Notes: generated by a model from the sequence alone, not told the origin. A stretch of 64,000 nucleotides of DNA from an uncultured Gemmatimonadales bacterium (GCA_963716255.1 OY970303.1:8000001-8064000); one strand, 5' to 3'; positions 1 to 11,761 are shown, numbered from the stretch's first letter. Translations and numbers: made by a program.

Positions 1-465
1 CTTCAGCAGGACGTGTGGGTCACCCTCGTGCCCGAAGTGCGGGATTCCTGCGCCCGCTTCGCCCGCGGGGAGCTGGGGCTCGAGGTCGCCGCCCTGCTGG
101 GACTTCCGCCGGGCGCGGCAGGGAGATACTTCGCCGAGTTCCAGGTGCCGCTCGCGGCGCTCTTCCGCCCCACCGCCGATCTCGACGTGACGAGGCCGCT
201 CCCCTGCGCCGATGCGAGCACCGGCGTCGTCTGCGCGACGAAGTTCCCGGCGCAGACCCCCGCCGAGCACTACACCTTCATCGCGAGCACCGCGCTCTTC
301 AACTGGAGAGAGGACGGCGGCTACCCGTGGACGCGGCTGGGGTACACGTACAACTGGCGGGCAGGCGCCCCACCGTACGGCGCGAGCGAGTACGTGGCCC
401 GCTCCGGCACGCGCCTGCGCCAGCTCACGGTCCACAGCGCGGAGGAGTACTGTCAGATGAGCTGA
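1..465 (+). CDS. Conserved hypothetical protein, 5'-truncated by window edge
   Basis: Open frame from base 1 to TGA at 463-465; protein-like C-terminal motif YPWTRLGYTYNW...YGASEY. Confidence 0.7.
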   Translation, partial: LQQDVWVTLVPEVRDSCARFARGELGLEVAALLGLPPGAAGRYFAEFQVPLAALFRPTADLDVTRPLPCADASTGVVCATKFPAQTPAEHYTFIASTALFNWREDGGYPWTRLGYTYNWRAGAPPYGASEYVARSGTRLRQLTVHSAEEYCQMS

Positions 466-480
466 TTGCGGATCCGGCAG

Positions 481-552
481 GAACGGCAACGGCGGGTTTG
501 GGCGTGCCCCCGGCTGGCGCCGGGGGCACGCCCGACCAGGCCGTTGCCGTTC
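481..552. repeat. Long hairpin; collapsed palindromic derivative of the ~130-nt structured repeat, between convergent genes
   Basis: GAACGGCAACGGC...GGGCGTGCCCCCGGC-TGGC-GCCGGGGGCACGCCC...GCCGTTGCCGTTC; both arms carry the repeat's GGGCGTGCCCCCGGC end. Confidence 0.75.
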
Positions 553-565
553 AAAGCCGCAGAAC

Positions 566-1345
566 TCAGCGGAAGAACACCGGATCCACCCGGCGCTTCC
601 CCCGCGCCACCTGCTCCATGAACCAGGACGTGTAGACCCGCACCTGCCGCCCGTTCTGGTACACCTCCACCCGCTCCACCTCGTCCGGCTGGATCGCGGA
701 CAGGTGCTCCAGCGAGTAGATGGGCATCTCGTCCAGGTACACGGCCACCGGCTGCAGCCGGCCGCGCGAGTACACGCAGGAATCCGCGAACGACACCCGG
801 CACGTGACCGCGGGCACCCCGGCCGGGCCGCGCACGAAAGCCTGCATGTTGGTCGCGGAGCTGCGCCGGATCTGCGTGCGGTCGTAGGCCCGCGAGGACA
901 CCGCCACCCGGTTCCGCCGCTGCTCCAGCACGTTCAGGTTCACCGTGAGGCCTTCCAGCACCACCGGGTCCGGCTCCAGCGCGAGCGCCAGCGCCGGCTG
1001 TCCCGCCGCCACCGTCACCTCCCGCTCCAGCTCCGCGTACCCCAGCAGGCGCACCACCAGCGTCTGCGCGCCCGGCCGGATCTTGCGGAAGGTGAAGCGG
1101 CCCGCCTCGTCGGTAAGCGCCTCCTGCCGGGTGCCCGCCACCTCCACGTACGCGCCGGCCAGCGGCTGTCCCGTGGAGCGGTCGACCACCTGTCCGCTCA
1201 CGGGGACGGCGGCGGGCTCCGCCTCCTGCTGGGCGGCCGCCGGACCCGCGGCGGCCGCGGCGGCGAGCAGGGCGCCGAGGACCGGCGCAAGTCGTGTGCG
1301 GAAAAGCGAGTGCGCGGCGCTGTGCCGTCGGGGCGGCGTGTACAT
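566..1345 (-). CDS. Secreted protein: carboxypeptidase-regulatory-like domain plus TonB-plug-like domain
   Basis: Signal peptide; VSGQVVD..TGQPLAGA.V and TDEAGRFTF motifs; VYLDEMP..IQPDEVERVEVY plug-like motif; start chosen at ATG 1345. Confidence 0.8.
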   Translation of the reverse strand: MYTPPRRHSAAHSLFRTRLAPVLGALLAAAAAAGPAAAQQEAEPAAVPVSGQVVDRSTGQPLAGAYVEVAGTRQEALTDEAGRFTFRKIRPGAQTLVVRLLGYAELEREVTVAAGQPALALALEPDPVVLEGLTVNLNVLEQRRNRVAVSSRAYDRTQIRRSSATNMQAFVRGPAGVPAVTCRVSFADSCVYSRGRLQPVAVYLDEMPIYSLEHLSAIQPDEVERVEVYQNGRQVRVYTSWFMEQVARGKRRVDPVFFR

Positions 1346-1506
1346 GACGGGCTCCCGGGAGCGGGTGGCGAGGAACCGGCCGGCAGGGGTCGGCGCGCAA
1401 TCCGCGTACCCGGCCGGCGCGGCGCGGGAAACGGGTTGCGGGGGCTCCGCGCGCGCGCATACCTTTGCCGGCCCGCAGCGAACCGCGACCCGTTCCGGCC
1501 AGGCCA

Positions 1507-3528
1507 ATGAAGCTCCGCGTTTCCGGCGAAGTCTCCGTCCCGGGGGACAAGTCCGTCACCCACCGCGCGCTGATGCTCGCCGCGGCCGCGCGCGGCGGGA
1601 GCCGCCTGCGCGGGCTCCTCCCGGGCGAGGACTGCCGCAGCACCGCCGCGGTGCTGCGCGCGCTCGGCTGCGACGTGCCCGACCTCCCCCGGGACGGCGG
1701 CGAGCTCCGCGTGCGCGGCGGGGGGCTGGACGCGTGGCGCGCGCCGGATGGAGCGCTGGACTGCGGCAACAGCGGCACCACCGCGCGGCTGATGATGGGG
1801 CTCCTGGCCGGGCGGCCGTTCTGCGCCACCCTCACCGGCGACGCCTCGCTACGGGGCCGCCCCATGCGCCGCATCACCGAGCCGCTGTCGCGCATGGGCG
1901 CCGTCTTCCACGAGGAGGGCGGGGCGGACGGGCGCCTCCCCATCCGGGTCTGCGGCGGCGGGCTCGCCGCGGCCGAGCACTTCTCGCCGCAGTCCAGCGC
2001 GCAGGTCAAGAGCGCGCTGCTCCTCGCCGGGCTCTCGGGCGGCGTGGGCGCCACCGTGCACGAGCCCATCCTGTCGCGCGACCACACCGAGCGCATGCTC
2101 CGCGGCCTGGGCGTGGACGTGAGCACCGCCGAAGTGGACGGGGGATGGCGGATCGTCCTCCCGGCGCACCGGGAGCCGCTCCCGGCGCTCGACCTGCGCA
2201 TCCCCGGCGACCCCTCCTCCGCCGCCTTCTTCGCCGCCCTGGCCCTCCTCGCCGACGAGGGGGAGCTGCGCATCACCGGGGTGGGCGTGAACCCCACCCG
2301 CACCGGGATCTTCCGCGTGCTGGCGCGGATGGGCGGCTTCGTGGAGATGCACGGCGCGCGCGAGGAGGGGGGCGAGCCCGTGGCCGACCTGGTGGTGCGA
2401 CCCGCGCGCCTCGTCGCCACCGACGTGGGCGGCGCCGAGATCCCCTCCCTGATCGACGAGGTGCCGGTGCTCGCCGTCCTCGCCGCCCGCGCCGAGGGGG
2501 AGACGCGCATCACCGGCGCCTCCGAGCTGCGGGTCAAGGAAAGCGACCGCATCGCCGTGCTGGTGGAGAACCTGCGCGCGCTCGGCGTCGACGCCGAGGA
2601 GCTCCCGGACGGCATGGTCGTCCGCGGCAGCGACCGCCCGCTGGAGGGCCAGGTGCGCACCGCCGGCGACCACCGCATCGCCATGGCCTTCGGGGTGCTC
2701 GCCGCGCTCCCCGGCAGCCGCATCCGCGTGGACGACCCGGGGTGCGCCGACGTGAGCTTTCCCGGCTTCTGGAGCCTGCTCGGCGCGGCGGCGGGCGCCG
2801 GGTCGTCCTCGGCGGCGGGCGGCGCTCCGGCGACGCCGCGCCGCCACCCCGACGGAGTCATCGTCGCCATCGACGGCCCCGCCGGCTCCGGCAAGAGCTC
2901 CACGGCAAAGGCCGCCGCCGCCGCGCTCGGCTACCGGCACCTGGACTCCGGCGCCTTCTACCGCGCCATCACCCTGGCCGCCCTGCGCGCCGGGATCCCC
3001 GTCGAGCGCTGGGCGTCGCTTTCCGCCCGAGAGCTCGACGCGCTGGGAGTGGAGGGCGCCCCCGCCGGGGCGGGCTTCCGCATGACCGTGCGCGGCGAGG
3101 ACGTGGGGCAGGCGATCCGCGCCCCCGAGGTCAATGCCCACGTCTCGCACATGGCCGCCGTCCCGGCCGTGCGCGAGTGGCTCATGGGCGCGCTGCGCGA
3201 CGCCGGCGCGCGCGGAGGCCTGGTGGCCGACGGGCGCGACATCGGCACCGTGGTGTTCCCCGACGCCGAGCTCAAGGTGTACCTGGTGTGCGCCCCCGAA
3301 GAGCGCGCCCGCCGGCGCCTGCTGGAGCAGGGCGCCGGCGAGCTTTCCGAGGAGGACATCCGCGCCGAGGCGGAGCGGCTGGCGGGGCGCGACACCATCG
3401 ACTCCACGCGCGCCGTGGCGCCCCTCGCGCAGGCCGCCGACGCGGTGCTGCTGGACACCACGAGGCTGGACTTCGGCGAGCAGGTGCAGGCCATCGTGCG
3501 GCTCGCGCGCGAGCGCGCCGGGGGTTGA
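1507..3528 (+). CDS. aroA: Fused EPSP synthase (AroA) / cytidylate kinase (Cmk)
   Basis: PGDKSVTHR, DCGNSGTT, RPMRR, ELRVKESDR, DHRIAM, then IAIDGPAGSGKSS and DGRDIGTVVFP in one frame. Confidence 0.95.
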   Translation: MKLRVSGEVSVPGDKSVTHRALMLAAAARGGSRLRGLLPGEDCRSTAAVLRALGCDVPDLPRDGGELRVRGGGLDAWRAPDGALDCGNSGTTARLMMGLLAGRPFCATLTGDASLRGRPMRRITEPLSRMGAVFHEEGGADGRLPIRVCGGGLAAAEHFSPQSSAQVKSALLLAGLSGGVGATVHEPILSRDHTERMLRGLGVDVSTAEVDGGWRIVLPAHREPLPALDLRIPGDPSSAAFFAALALLADEGELRITGVGVNPTRTGIFRVLARMGGFVEMHGAREEGGEPVADLVVRPARLVATDVGGAEIPSLIDEVPVLAVLAARAEGETRITGASELRVKESDRIAVLVENLRALGVDAEELPDGMVVRGSDRPLEGQVRTAGDHRIAMAFGVLAALPGSRIRVDDPGCADVSFPGFWSLLGAAAGAGSSSAAGGAPATPRRHPDGVIVAIDGPAGSGKSSTAKAAAAALGYRHLDSGAFYRAITLAALRAGIPVERWASLSARELDALGVEGAPAGAGFRMTVRGEDVGQAIRAPEVNAHVSHMAAVPAVREWLMGALRDAGARGGLVADGRDIGTVVFPDAELKVYLVCAPEERARRRLLEQGAGELSEEDIRAEAERLAGRDTIDSTRAVAPLAQAADAVLLDTTRLDFGEQVQAIVRLARERAGG

Positions 3529-3553
3529 CCCCATACGGCGCGCTTGCTAACTT
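3525..3553 (+). promoter_or_regulatory. Sigma70-like promoter for rpsA
   Basis: TTGACC-17 nt-TAACTT with extended -10 TG. Confidence 0.55.
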
Positions 3554-3662
3554 TTCTTGCTTCGCCGGGAACGTCCCGGCTCACCCTTTCACCCCAGCCT
3601 TCTGCTGTGCGCCGCGCCGCCTGGCCCGCCGGCCCGACAGAACGTGAGGAGCATCCCTTTTA

Positions 3663-5537
<1,875 letters not shown>

Positions 5538-5559
5538 GCCTCTCCGCCGGCTGAAACCG

Positions 5560-5601
5560 GGAGGGCCCGGAGCCGCATGGCTCCGGGCCCTCCTCTTTTT
5601 T
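5560..5601 (+). terminator. Rho-independent terminator
   Basis: GGAGGGCCCGGAGCC-GCAT-GGCTCCGGGCCCTCC followed by T-tract. Confidence 0.9.
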
Positions 5602-5645
5602 CATGCGGCATCGGCGCTCGCCGGCTGCCGCGTGTGCTCCTGCTT

Positions 5646-5843
5646 CTACTTCAGCTCGGGCCGGTGCGGCGCGCAGCCGATCCAGCGGCGCAGCGGCCTG
5701 CGATTCGCCCGGTCCCGCTCATTCTGCATGCAGTGCCGGCGGGCGATCTCCACCTGCTCCAGGATGCGCTCCCGCAGCTCCTGCATCTCGGCCTGGAGCT
5801 GGCGGAAGCGCTCCTCCTGGCTCTCGAAGTTCAGCATCGACAT
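5646..5843 (-). CDS. Small hypothetical coiled-coil protein (65 aa)
   Basis: MSMLNFESQEERFRQLQAEMQELRERILEQVE; GGAAAG upstream of ATG. Confidence 0.5.
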   Translation of the reverse strand: MSMLNFESQEERFRQLQAEMQELRERILEQVEIARRHCMQNERDRANRRPLRRWIGCAPHRPELK

Positions 5844-6325
5844 GGCTTTCCAGCGGGCGGGGTGGTGACCTGCGCGGGGTTCCGGGTGCGTCTGCGAACC
5901 CTGTCGGAGCGTCCTCTTCCGTGCATCCGATGCGGCTCCTCTAGCAGGAGCCGTTCCCGGCCGGCATGACACGGGGATTCACGGCTCCCCCGTGAAACAC
6001 CTGTTCCCATGCGCCTCCCCGGCAATTCCCCATTCCCCAACCCGTTGTGTTCATGTCGCTTACGTCCTCGTCACAGGACATAGGCTGCTCGCTCGGGGTG
6101 ACGCGCGCTTCTGCGTGCGGGCCGGGGTATGACAGGGGAGACCGCCGCCGGGTCACTTTTCGCGCGGGGATGATGTGGAGGGCCGCGGGGAAACGGGGGG
6201 CTGACTCCGGTTTCCCTCAGGCCGGGGGACGTCGTGGCCGGCCCGGGCGAGGAGTTCCGCTCCCGGACCCGCGGGCGAATACGCGGAAGAGCTGACACCC
6301 GGACGAAGCTCGGCCCGGACCTACC

Positions 6326-6354
6326 TTGACGGATTGTATGCGCCGCAATACTGT
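6326..6354 (+). promoter_or_regulatory. Sigma70-like promoter of Cys-rich peptide cassette 1
   Basis: TTGACG-GATTGTATGCGCCGCAA-TACTGT (17-nt spacer). Confidence 0.55.
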
Positions 6355-6412
6355 TTAAAGTTGACGTGCCCCACCCAAGCCCCACTCACATTCCTGCTGC
6401 GCAAAAACAATC

Positions 6413-6715
6413 ATGAGCAAGATGAGAATGATGCCGTTCGTGGCTGCACTCGTGCTGTTTTTCGCCGCTGCCGCACACCATGGAAGCGCCGGCCTGACGA
6501 CGGCCTTCGCTCAGACTCCTTCGTGGTGCGGCCTGTACGCGGGGCCGTATTGCGCCACTCAAAGCTTCTGCAAAGTCCCGGGTGGCCTTACCGGGTGCAT
6601 TCAGTGGGGAATTCGCGCCGTCTACCACCCGAAGACCATTCAGCAGTGCACCGTGCCGGGAACCACCGCGGGAACCGATGAGCAGACGGATTCGTCCGGT
6701 GAGTGCGCGAACTGA
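6413..6715 (+). CDS. Secreted Cys-rich small protein (6 Cys)
   Basis: Sec signal ending AFA|Q; mature region WC..YC..FC..GCIQWG..QC..EC. Confidence 0.7.
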   Translation: MSKMRMMPFVAALVLFFAAAAHHGSAGLTTAFAQTPSWCGLYAGPYCATQSFCKVPGGLTGCIQWGIRAVYHPKTIQQCTVPGTTAGTDEQTDSSGECAN

Positions 6716-6795
6716 GTAGCCGGGACGGACCGAACCGGAGCATGGGAGCGCGAGATCACGTTTCGCCCGGGCGGGCGATCAACATTCGGAGAATC

Positions 6796-7296
6796 ATGTC
6801 TGTTCCACGACGGCAGACCCTCTTTGTCGCCGCCTCGTCGCTGGTCGTGCTCCTGTGCACGGCGGTCCTCGTCTGGGCACCGCAACCGGAGCTGGTGAGC
6901 AGCCTGCCGGCTTTCTCCACCGCGAGTGTACCGTATCGAGCGTACGTCATCTTCCGCGATGGTGACTGCGACGGGAACCTGTCCTTCGTACAGCTCTTCC
7001 AGCGGCCACGATACAGAGCCGCCTTCCATCTCACCGGCGTCCTGCTCGATGCCGCACCCGACGACCCGGACGTGCGATCGAAGCTGAAGCGCTCCGGCGT
7101 GACCATGGACATGGCACGAGCAGACCGGACGCTGCGGCGGGCGGTTGCGCAGCTATCCCCGGAGCCCGGCCCGCTCCTGGTGGTCGTCGATCGGGACGGC
7201 AGACTGCGAGTGGTGAGCATGACTCCCAAATCCCCTTCCGAGACCCGCCAGTTCATTGCGCTGCTCAACTCGTTTGCTGCAGCCGAGCCATCATGA
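6796..7296 (+). CDS. Membrane-anchored thioredoxin-fold-like protein (CxxN)
   Basis: N-terminal TM segment; YVIFRDGDCDGN and PGPLLVVVDRDGRL resemble Trx/TlpA active-site and cis-Pro regions. Confidence 0.55.
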   Translation: MSVPRRQTLFVAASSLVVLLCTAVLVWAPQPELVSSLPAFSTASVPYRAYVIFRDGDCDGNLSFVQLFQRPRYRAAFHLTGVLLDAAPDDPDVRSKLKRSGVTMDMARADRTLRRAVAQLSPEPGPLLVVVDRDGRLRVVSMTPKSPSETRQFIALLNSFAAAEPS

Positions 7297-8393
7297 CGGC
7301 ATTCGCGTTTCAGCGTCGCATGCGGATACACACGCGCACCATACTGCTTTCCACGGTTCTTTGTACGGCAGGCATGGGGGCGTGCGGGCATGACGCATCT
7401 CGTGGGCTCGCGGACTCTGCGGGTGAACGGACGTTCTCCGCGAGTTCGCGCGCTCGCAAGTTCAGGGAGGTCGAATGGAAGGTCCTGTGGGAACGCGGAG
7501 GAACGGAAAGTGACACCGTTCTCCTCATGCCTTCCGAGCTTGTTGCCGATGAACGGTACGCTTACGTCTTCGACATGGCCGAGGATCGGCTCGTGGCGTT
7601 CCGGGCCGCGGACGGCTCGGTCGCGTGGTCGGTGGGCCGGGAAGGGAGCGGGCCCGAGGAATTCAGGAAGGCGGAGGACGTGGCGATTCGGCCGGCGGGA
7701 GATCTGCTGCTGGCGGATCCCAACAACAACCGGCTCACGACCGTGAACCGGGACGGGAAGGTGTCGGGCCATACGCCGCTCGACGCGGTCCCGTACGCGA
7801 CCTCGACGTGTTCGCTGGCGAACGGGCAGGTTCTCGTTTCCACGCTCGGTTCGTTGACGGGCCTCATCCTCCGCCTTTCGCCGGAGGGCAAAGTGATGGC
7901 GGAATCGTATCTTCCCTGGCCCGACCTCAAGGACGCGCCTGCCATCGTTCAACAGGGCTTCTTCGTCCGCAGCCCCGACGACCGGTGTATCTACGTTCTC
8001 TCGCTGGGCCGCGGATACGCGGTCCACGACGGAACCGCGTTCCAGCCGCCGGTGGCGTTCGTGGAGTCGTTCGACCTGCCGACGGTTCAGCTCATTCCGG
8101 GTGAGGGGGGGGCGCCCCCCTCGGCTCGTATCAACGACAACACGGAGGCGGCCGTGGGTGCCGGGGCCGACGACGAGACCCTGGCGATCGCCTTCTGGGG
8201 AAAGACCAAGGACAGGGGTGAACTGATCGACGTCTATTCCCTGGACCGGGGGGAATACCTGCATTCCTATCTCGCTCCGACGGTGTTCAAGCGCATGGCC
8301 AGGGCGGGCAACACCTTCTTCTTCGAGACCCAGCGGAACGGGTACCCGGCCCTGATCGCCGCCGAGCTGCGCGAGAAGACGCCGGCGAGATAG
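7293..8393 (+). CDS. 6-bladed beta-propeller (NHL/TolB-like) putative lipoprotein
   Basis: Lipobox-like GMGAC; GREGSGPEEF motif; overlaps upstream stop (ATGA). Confidence 0.8.
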   Translation: MTAFAFQRRMRIHTRTILLSTVLCTAGMGACGHDASRGLADSAGERTFSASSRARKFREVEWKVLWERGGTESDTVLLMPSELVADERYAYVFDMAEDRLVAFRAADGSVAWSVGREGSGPEEFRKAEDVAIRPAGDLLLADPNNNRLTTVNRDGKVSGHTPLDAVPYATSTCSLANGQVLVSTLGSLTGLILRLSPEGKVMAESYLPWPDLKDAPAIVQQGFFVRSPDDRCIYVLSLGRGYAVHDGTAFQPPVAFVESFDLPTVQLIPGEGGAPPSARINDNTEAAVGAGADDETLAIAFWGKTKDRGELIDVYSLDRGEYLHSYLAPTVFKRMARAGNTFFFETQRNGYPALIAAELREKTPAR

Positions 8394-8557
8394 ACGTCCG
8401 GATCGGAAGGGTTCAGGTTGGCGAGGGGCTCCTGCGACGACGGGAGCCCTTCGTCGCGTAGGGTGCCGGGGTGCGAAAACCGGCCACGCGTGCTAGATTT
8501 CCGCCTTTCCGTGCAGGGCCGGCGATATCTTCACACGCACACCACGGGCGACGCGCG

Positions 8558-10108
8558 ATGTCGATGCGGGAGAAGCTGGAGAAGCTGGAGGCGCTCCGCC
8601 GCGAGGCGGAGCTGGGCGGCGGCGAAAAGCGCATCAAGCAGCAGCACGAGCGCGGCAAGCTGACCGCTCGCGAAAGGCTGGACGTGCTGCTGGACGAGGG
8701 CTCGTTCGTGGAGCTGGACCGCTTCGTCGTGCACCGCGCCAGCGACTTCGGCCTGGACCGGGAAAAGTACCTGGGCGACGGCGTGGTCACCGGCTACGGC
8801 GCCATCCACGGCCGCCTGGTCTACGTGTTCTCCCAGGACTTCACCGTCTTCGGCGGCTCGCTCTCCGAGGCGCACGCGGAAAAGATCATCAAGATCATGG
8901 ACCTGGCGCTCAAGAACGGCGCGCCGGTCATCGGCCTCAACGATTCGGGCGGGGCGCGCATCCAGGAGGGCGTGGTCTCGCTGGGAGGCTACGCCGACAT
9001 CTTCCTGCGCAACACCCTGGCGTCCGGCGTGGTGCCGCAGATCTCCGCCATCCTGGGCCCCTGCGCGGGGGGCGCGGTCTACAGCCCGGCGATCACCGAC
9101 TTCATCTACATGGTGCAGGGCTCAAGCTACATGTTCGTCACCGGGCCCAACGTGGTGAAGACGGTGACGCACGAGGACGTGACCATGGAGGAGCTGGGCG
9201 GCGCCGCCACCCACGCGGCGAAGTCCGGCGTCGCCCACTTCGCGGTGAAGACCGAGGTGGAGTGCCTGCACGGCATCCGCAAGCTCTTCGAGTACGTGCC
9301 GCAGAACAACGCGGAGGACCCGCCGTCCCGCCCCACGGACGACCCCTTTGACCGCGGCGACGAGGAGCTGCTGGACATCGTCCCCGACAACCCCAACAAG
9401 CCGTACGACATGCACGACGTCATCCGGCGCGTGGTGGACGACGGCGACTTCTACGAGGTGCACGCGGACTACGCGGGGAACATCCTCTGCGGCTTCGCGC
9501 ACGTGGGGGGGCACTCGGTGGGGATCGTGGCCAACCAGCCGGCGGTGCTCGCGGGGGTGCTGGACATCGACGCGTCGGTGAAGGCGGCGCGCTTCGTCCG
9601 CTTCTGCGACTGCTTCAACGTTCCGCTGCTCACCTTCGAGGACGTTCCGGGCTTCCTCCCCGGGGTGACGCAGGAGCACGGGGGCATCATCCGCCACGGG
9701 GCCAAGCTGCTCTTCGCCTACTGCGAGGCCACGGTCCCCAAGGTGACCATCATCACCCGCAAAGCGTACGGCGGTGCCTACGACGTCATGTCGTCCAAGC
9801 ACATCCGCGGCGACGTCAACTACGCCTGGCCCACGGCCGAGATCGCCGTGATGGGCGCCAAGGGCGCGGTGGAGATCCTCTACCGCCGCGAGATCTCCGG
9901 CGCCGAGGACCCCGCCGCCGCCGCCGCCGCGCGCCAGCAGGAGTACGCGGACCGCTTCGCCAACCCGTACGCCGCCGCCGCGCGCGGCTACGTGGACGAC
10001 GTGATCGACCCGCGGGAGACGCGCGCCCGGGTCATCAGCGCGCTCGACATGCTGCGCAACAAGCGGGACTCCAACCCGCCCAAGAAGCACGCGAACATCC
10101 CGTTGTAG
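8558..10108 (+). CDS. pccB: Acyl-CoA (propionyl-CoA) carboxylase carboxyltransferase beta subunit
   Basis: [51 protein letters not shown]. Confidence 0.93.
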   Translation: MSMREKLEKLEALRREAELGGGEKRIKQQHERGKLTARERLDVLLDEGSFVELDRFVVHRASDFGLDREKYLGDGVVTGYGAIHGRLVYVFSQDFTVFGGSLSEAHAEKIIKIMDLALKNGAPVIGLNDSGGARIQEGVVSLGGYADIFLRNTLASGVVPQISAILGPCAGGAVYSPAITDFIYMVQGSSYMFVTGPNVVKTVTHEDVTMEELGGAATHAAKSGVAHFAVKTEVECLHGIRKLFEYVPQNNAEDPPSRPTDDPFDRGDEELLDIVPDNPNKPYDMHDVIRRVVDDGDFYEVHADYAGNILCGFAHVGGHSVGIVANQPAVLAGVLDIDASVKAARFVRFCDCFNVPLLTFEDVPGFLPGVTQEHGGIIRHGAKLLFAYCEATVPKVTIITRKAYGGAYDVMSSKHIRGDVNYAWPTAEIAVMGAKGAVEILYRREISGAEDPAAAAAARQQEYADRFANPYAAAARGYVDDVIDPRETRARVISALDMLRNKRDSNPPKKHANIPL

Positions 10109-10193
10109 AGCCGGCAGCCCGGCGCCTCCACCCACCCCGGCGGGCACACGGCCCGCCGGTTCTTCATCCATCCGCCACGCAGAGACTTCCGCA

Positions 10194-11366
10194 GTGACCC
10201 GCACCCTCCTGATCGCCGCAGCCCTTTCCGCTCTCGCGGCCTCCGCGGCCCATGCCCAGTCCGACTCGATCTTCGCCGTCAACAGCGCCGGCACCAACCT
10301 CCTCCGCCTGAACACCGACGCCGGCCTGGTGGTGCGCGGCACCGCGAGCAGCGGCGACATCCCCGCGACGGGAGAGGGCGTGCGCATGATGTGGTTCCCC
10401 GGCCGCTGGGCGTTCCGCGCCGGCAAGGTGGAAAGCTTCGGCAGCGGCTACTGGGACCTGAGCAACGTCGGCTTCGGCTCGGCTGCGTTCGGCGAGAACA
10501 CGCGCGCCCGGGGGAACAACTCCTTCGCGACGGGGCTCACGACCACCGCGTCCGGCAACGAGTCCATCGCCCTGGGCAACAGCGGCACGGCCAGCGGCGA
10601 GCGCGCCTTCGCCTTCAACGGCACGGCGTCCGGCGTGGGCGCGGTCGCCATCGGCTCGGGGGCGCAGGCCACGAACGACGACGCGATGGCGATGGGACCC
10701 AGCTCCATCGCCGGCGGGCTCGCCAGCATCGTCCTGGGGCCCAGCATCGCGAACGGCTCCTTCGGCGTCGCCATCGGACTGCAGAACAGCGCCAGCGGCA
10801 ACTTCTCCGTCGCCATCGGCAAGAACGCGCGCACGGCGAACCGCCAGGGCTCGGTGGTGCTCGGCGACGGCTGCGCGGGGTTCTCGTCGGACTCCGTGTA
10901 TCCCACGGCCAACAACCAGTTCGTGGCCCGCGGCTGCGGCGGGATCCGGTTCTTCACGTCGCAGAACCTCTCGTCCGGCGTGGAAGTGGCGGCGGGCGGC
11001 GGGTCGTGGAGCAGCGTCTCGGACCGCAACCGCAAGGAGAACTTCCTTTCGTTCGGCGGCGAGGAGGTGCTGATGCGGCTCCGGGGCGTGCCCGTCACCA
11101 CCTGGAACTACAAGACGCAGGACCGCAGCATCCGGCACATGGGCCCCACGGCGCAGGACTTCCGCGCCGCCTTCGGCCTGGGCGAGAGCGAGCTGCTGAT
11201 CAACACGGTGGACATCGACGGCGTCAACCTCGCGGCGGTCAAGGCGCTGGAGGCGCGCACGGCGGCGCAGCAGGCGCGCATCACGCAGCTGGAGGCGCGC
11301 AACGCCTCGCTGGAGCAGCGTCTCGCCCGGCTGGAAGCGCTGGTCGCGGGCGCCGCGCCGCGGTAG
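10194..11366 (+). CDS. Secreted YadA-head-like repeat protein with C-terminal S74 intramolecular chaperone (tail-fibre-like)
   Basis: Signal peptide; ASG.xSxAxG repeats; SDRNRKEN, WNYK, HMGPTAQDF, C-terminal coiled coil. Confidence 0.85.
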   Translation: MTRTLLIAAALSALAASAAHAQSDSIFAVNSAGTNLLRLNTDAGLVVRGTASSGDIPATGEGVRMMWFPGRWAFRAGKVESFGSGYWDLSNVGFGSAAFGENTRARGNNSFATGLTTTASGNESIALGNSGTASGERAFAFNGTASGVGAVAIGSGAQATNDDAMAMGPSSIAGGLASIVLGPSIANGSFGVAIGLQNSASGNFSVAIGKNARTANRQGSVVLGDGCAGFSSDSVYPTANNQFVARGCGGIRFFTSQNLSSGVEVAAGGGSWSSVSDRNRKENFLSFGGEEVLMRLRGVPVTTWNYKTQDRSIRHMGPTAQDFRAAFGLGESELLINTVDIDGVNLAAVKALEARTAAQQARITQLEARNASLEQRLARLEALVAGAAPR

Positions 11367-11443
11367 GGCGGGAAGAGCTTGCCGCCCTACCGGCGGGATT
11401 GTACGTTCACGCGTACGGAGGAACGCACAATCCGGAGGATGCC

Positions 11444-11728
11444 ATGCGCAGGCCCAACCTCGACGAGGACGTGCAGCCGGTGTCGGAGTTCCGCGCGAAC
11501 GCGGCAAAGTTCGTGCAGCGGGTGCGCGAGACGCGGCGCCCGCTGGTGCTGACGCAGCACGGGAAGAGCGCCGCCGTTCTCATGGACGTGGGGGAGTACG
11601 AGAAGATGCTCGACACCATCGAGCTGCTCCGAGCCGTGAACGACGGGGAGCGCCGGGTCGAGGCGGGTCGGGTCGTCGACCACGACGAGGCCATGGCCCA
11701 GCTTCTCGAAAAGTACAAGGGCAGGTGA
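11444..11728 (+). CDS. Phd/YefM family antitoxin
   Basis: PVSEFRANAAK..RPLVLTQHGKSAAVLMDVGEYE; GGAGG RBS. Confidence 0.85.
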   Translation: MRRPNLDEDVQPVSEFRANAAKFVQRVRETRRPLVLTQHGKSAAVLMDVGEYEKMLDTIELLRAVNDGERRVEAGRVVDHDEAMAQLLEKYKGR

Positions 11729-11761
11729 GGGCCCACCGGATCCCAGCGCGATGAGGCTGAC

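Noticed and set aside
10194..11366. Prophage remnant
   Set aside because: Single fibre-like gene with a signal peptide and no other phage genes
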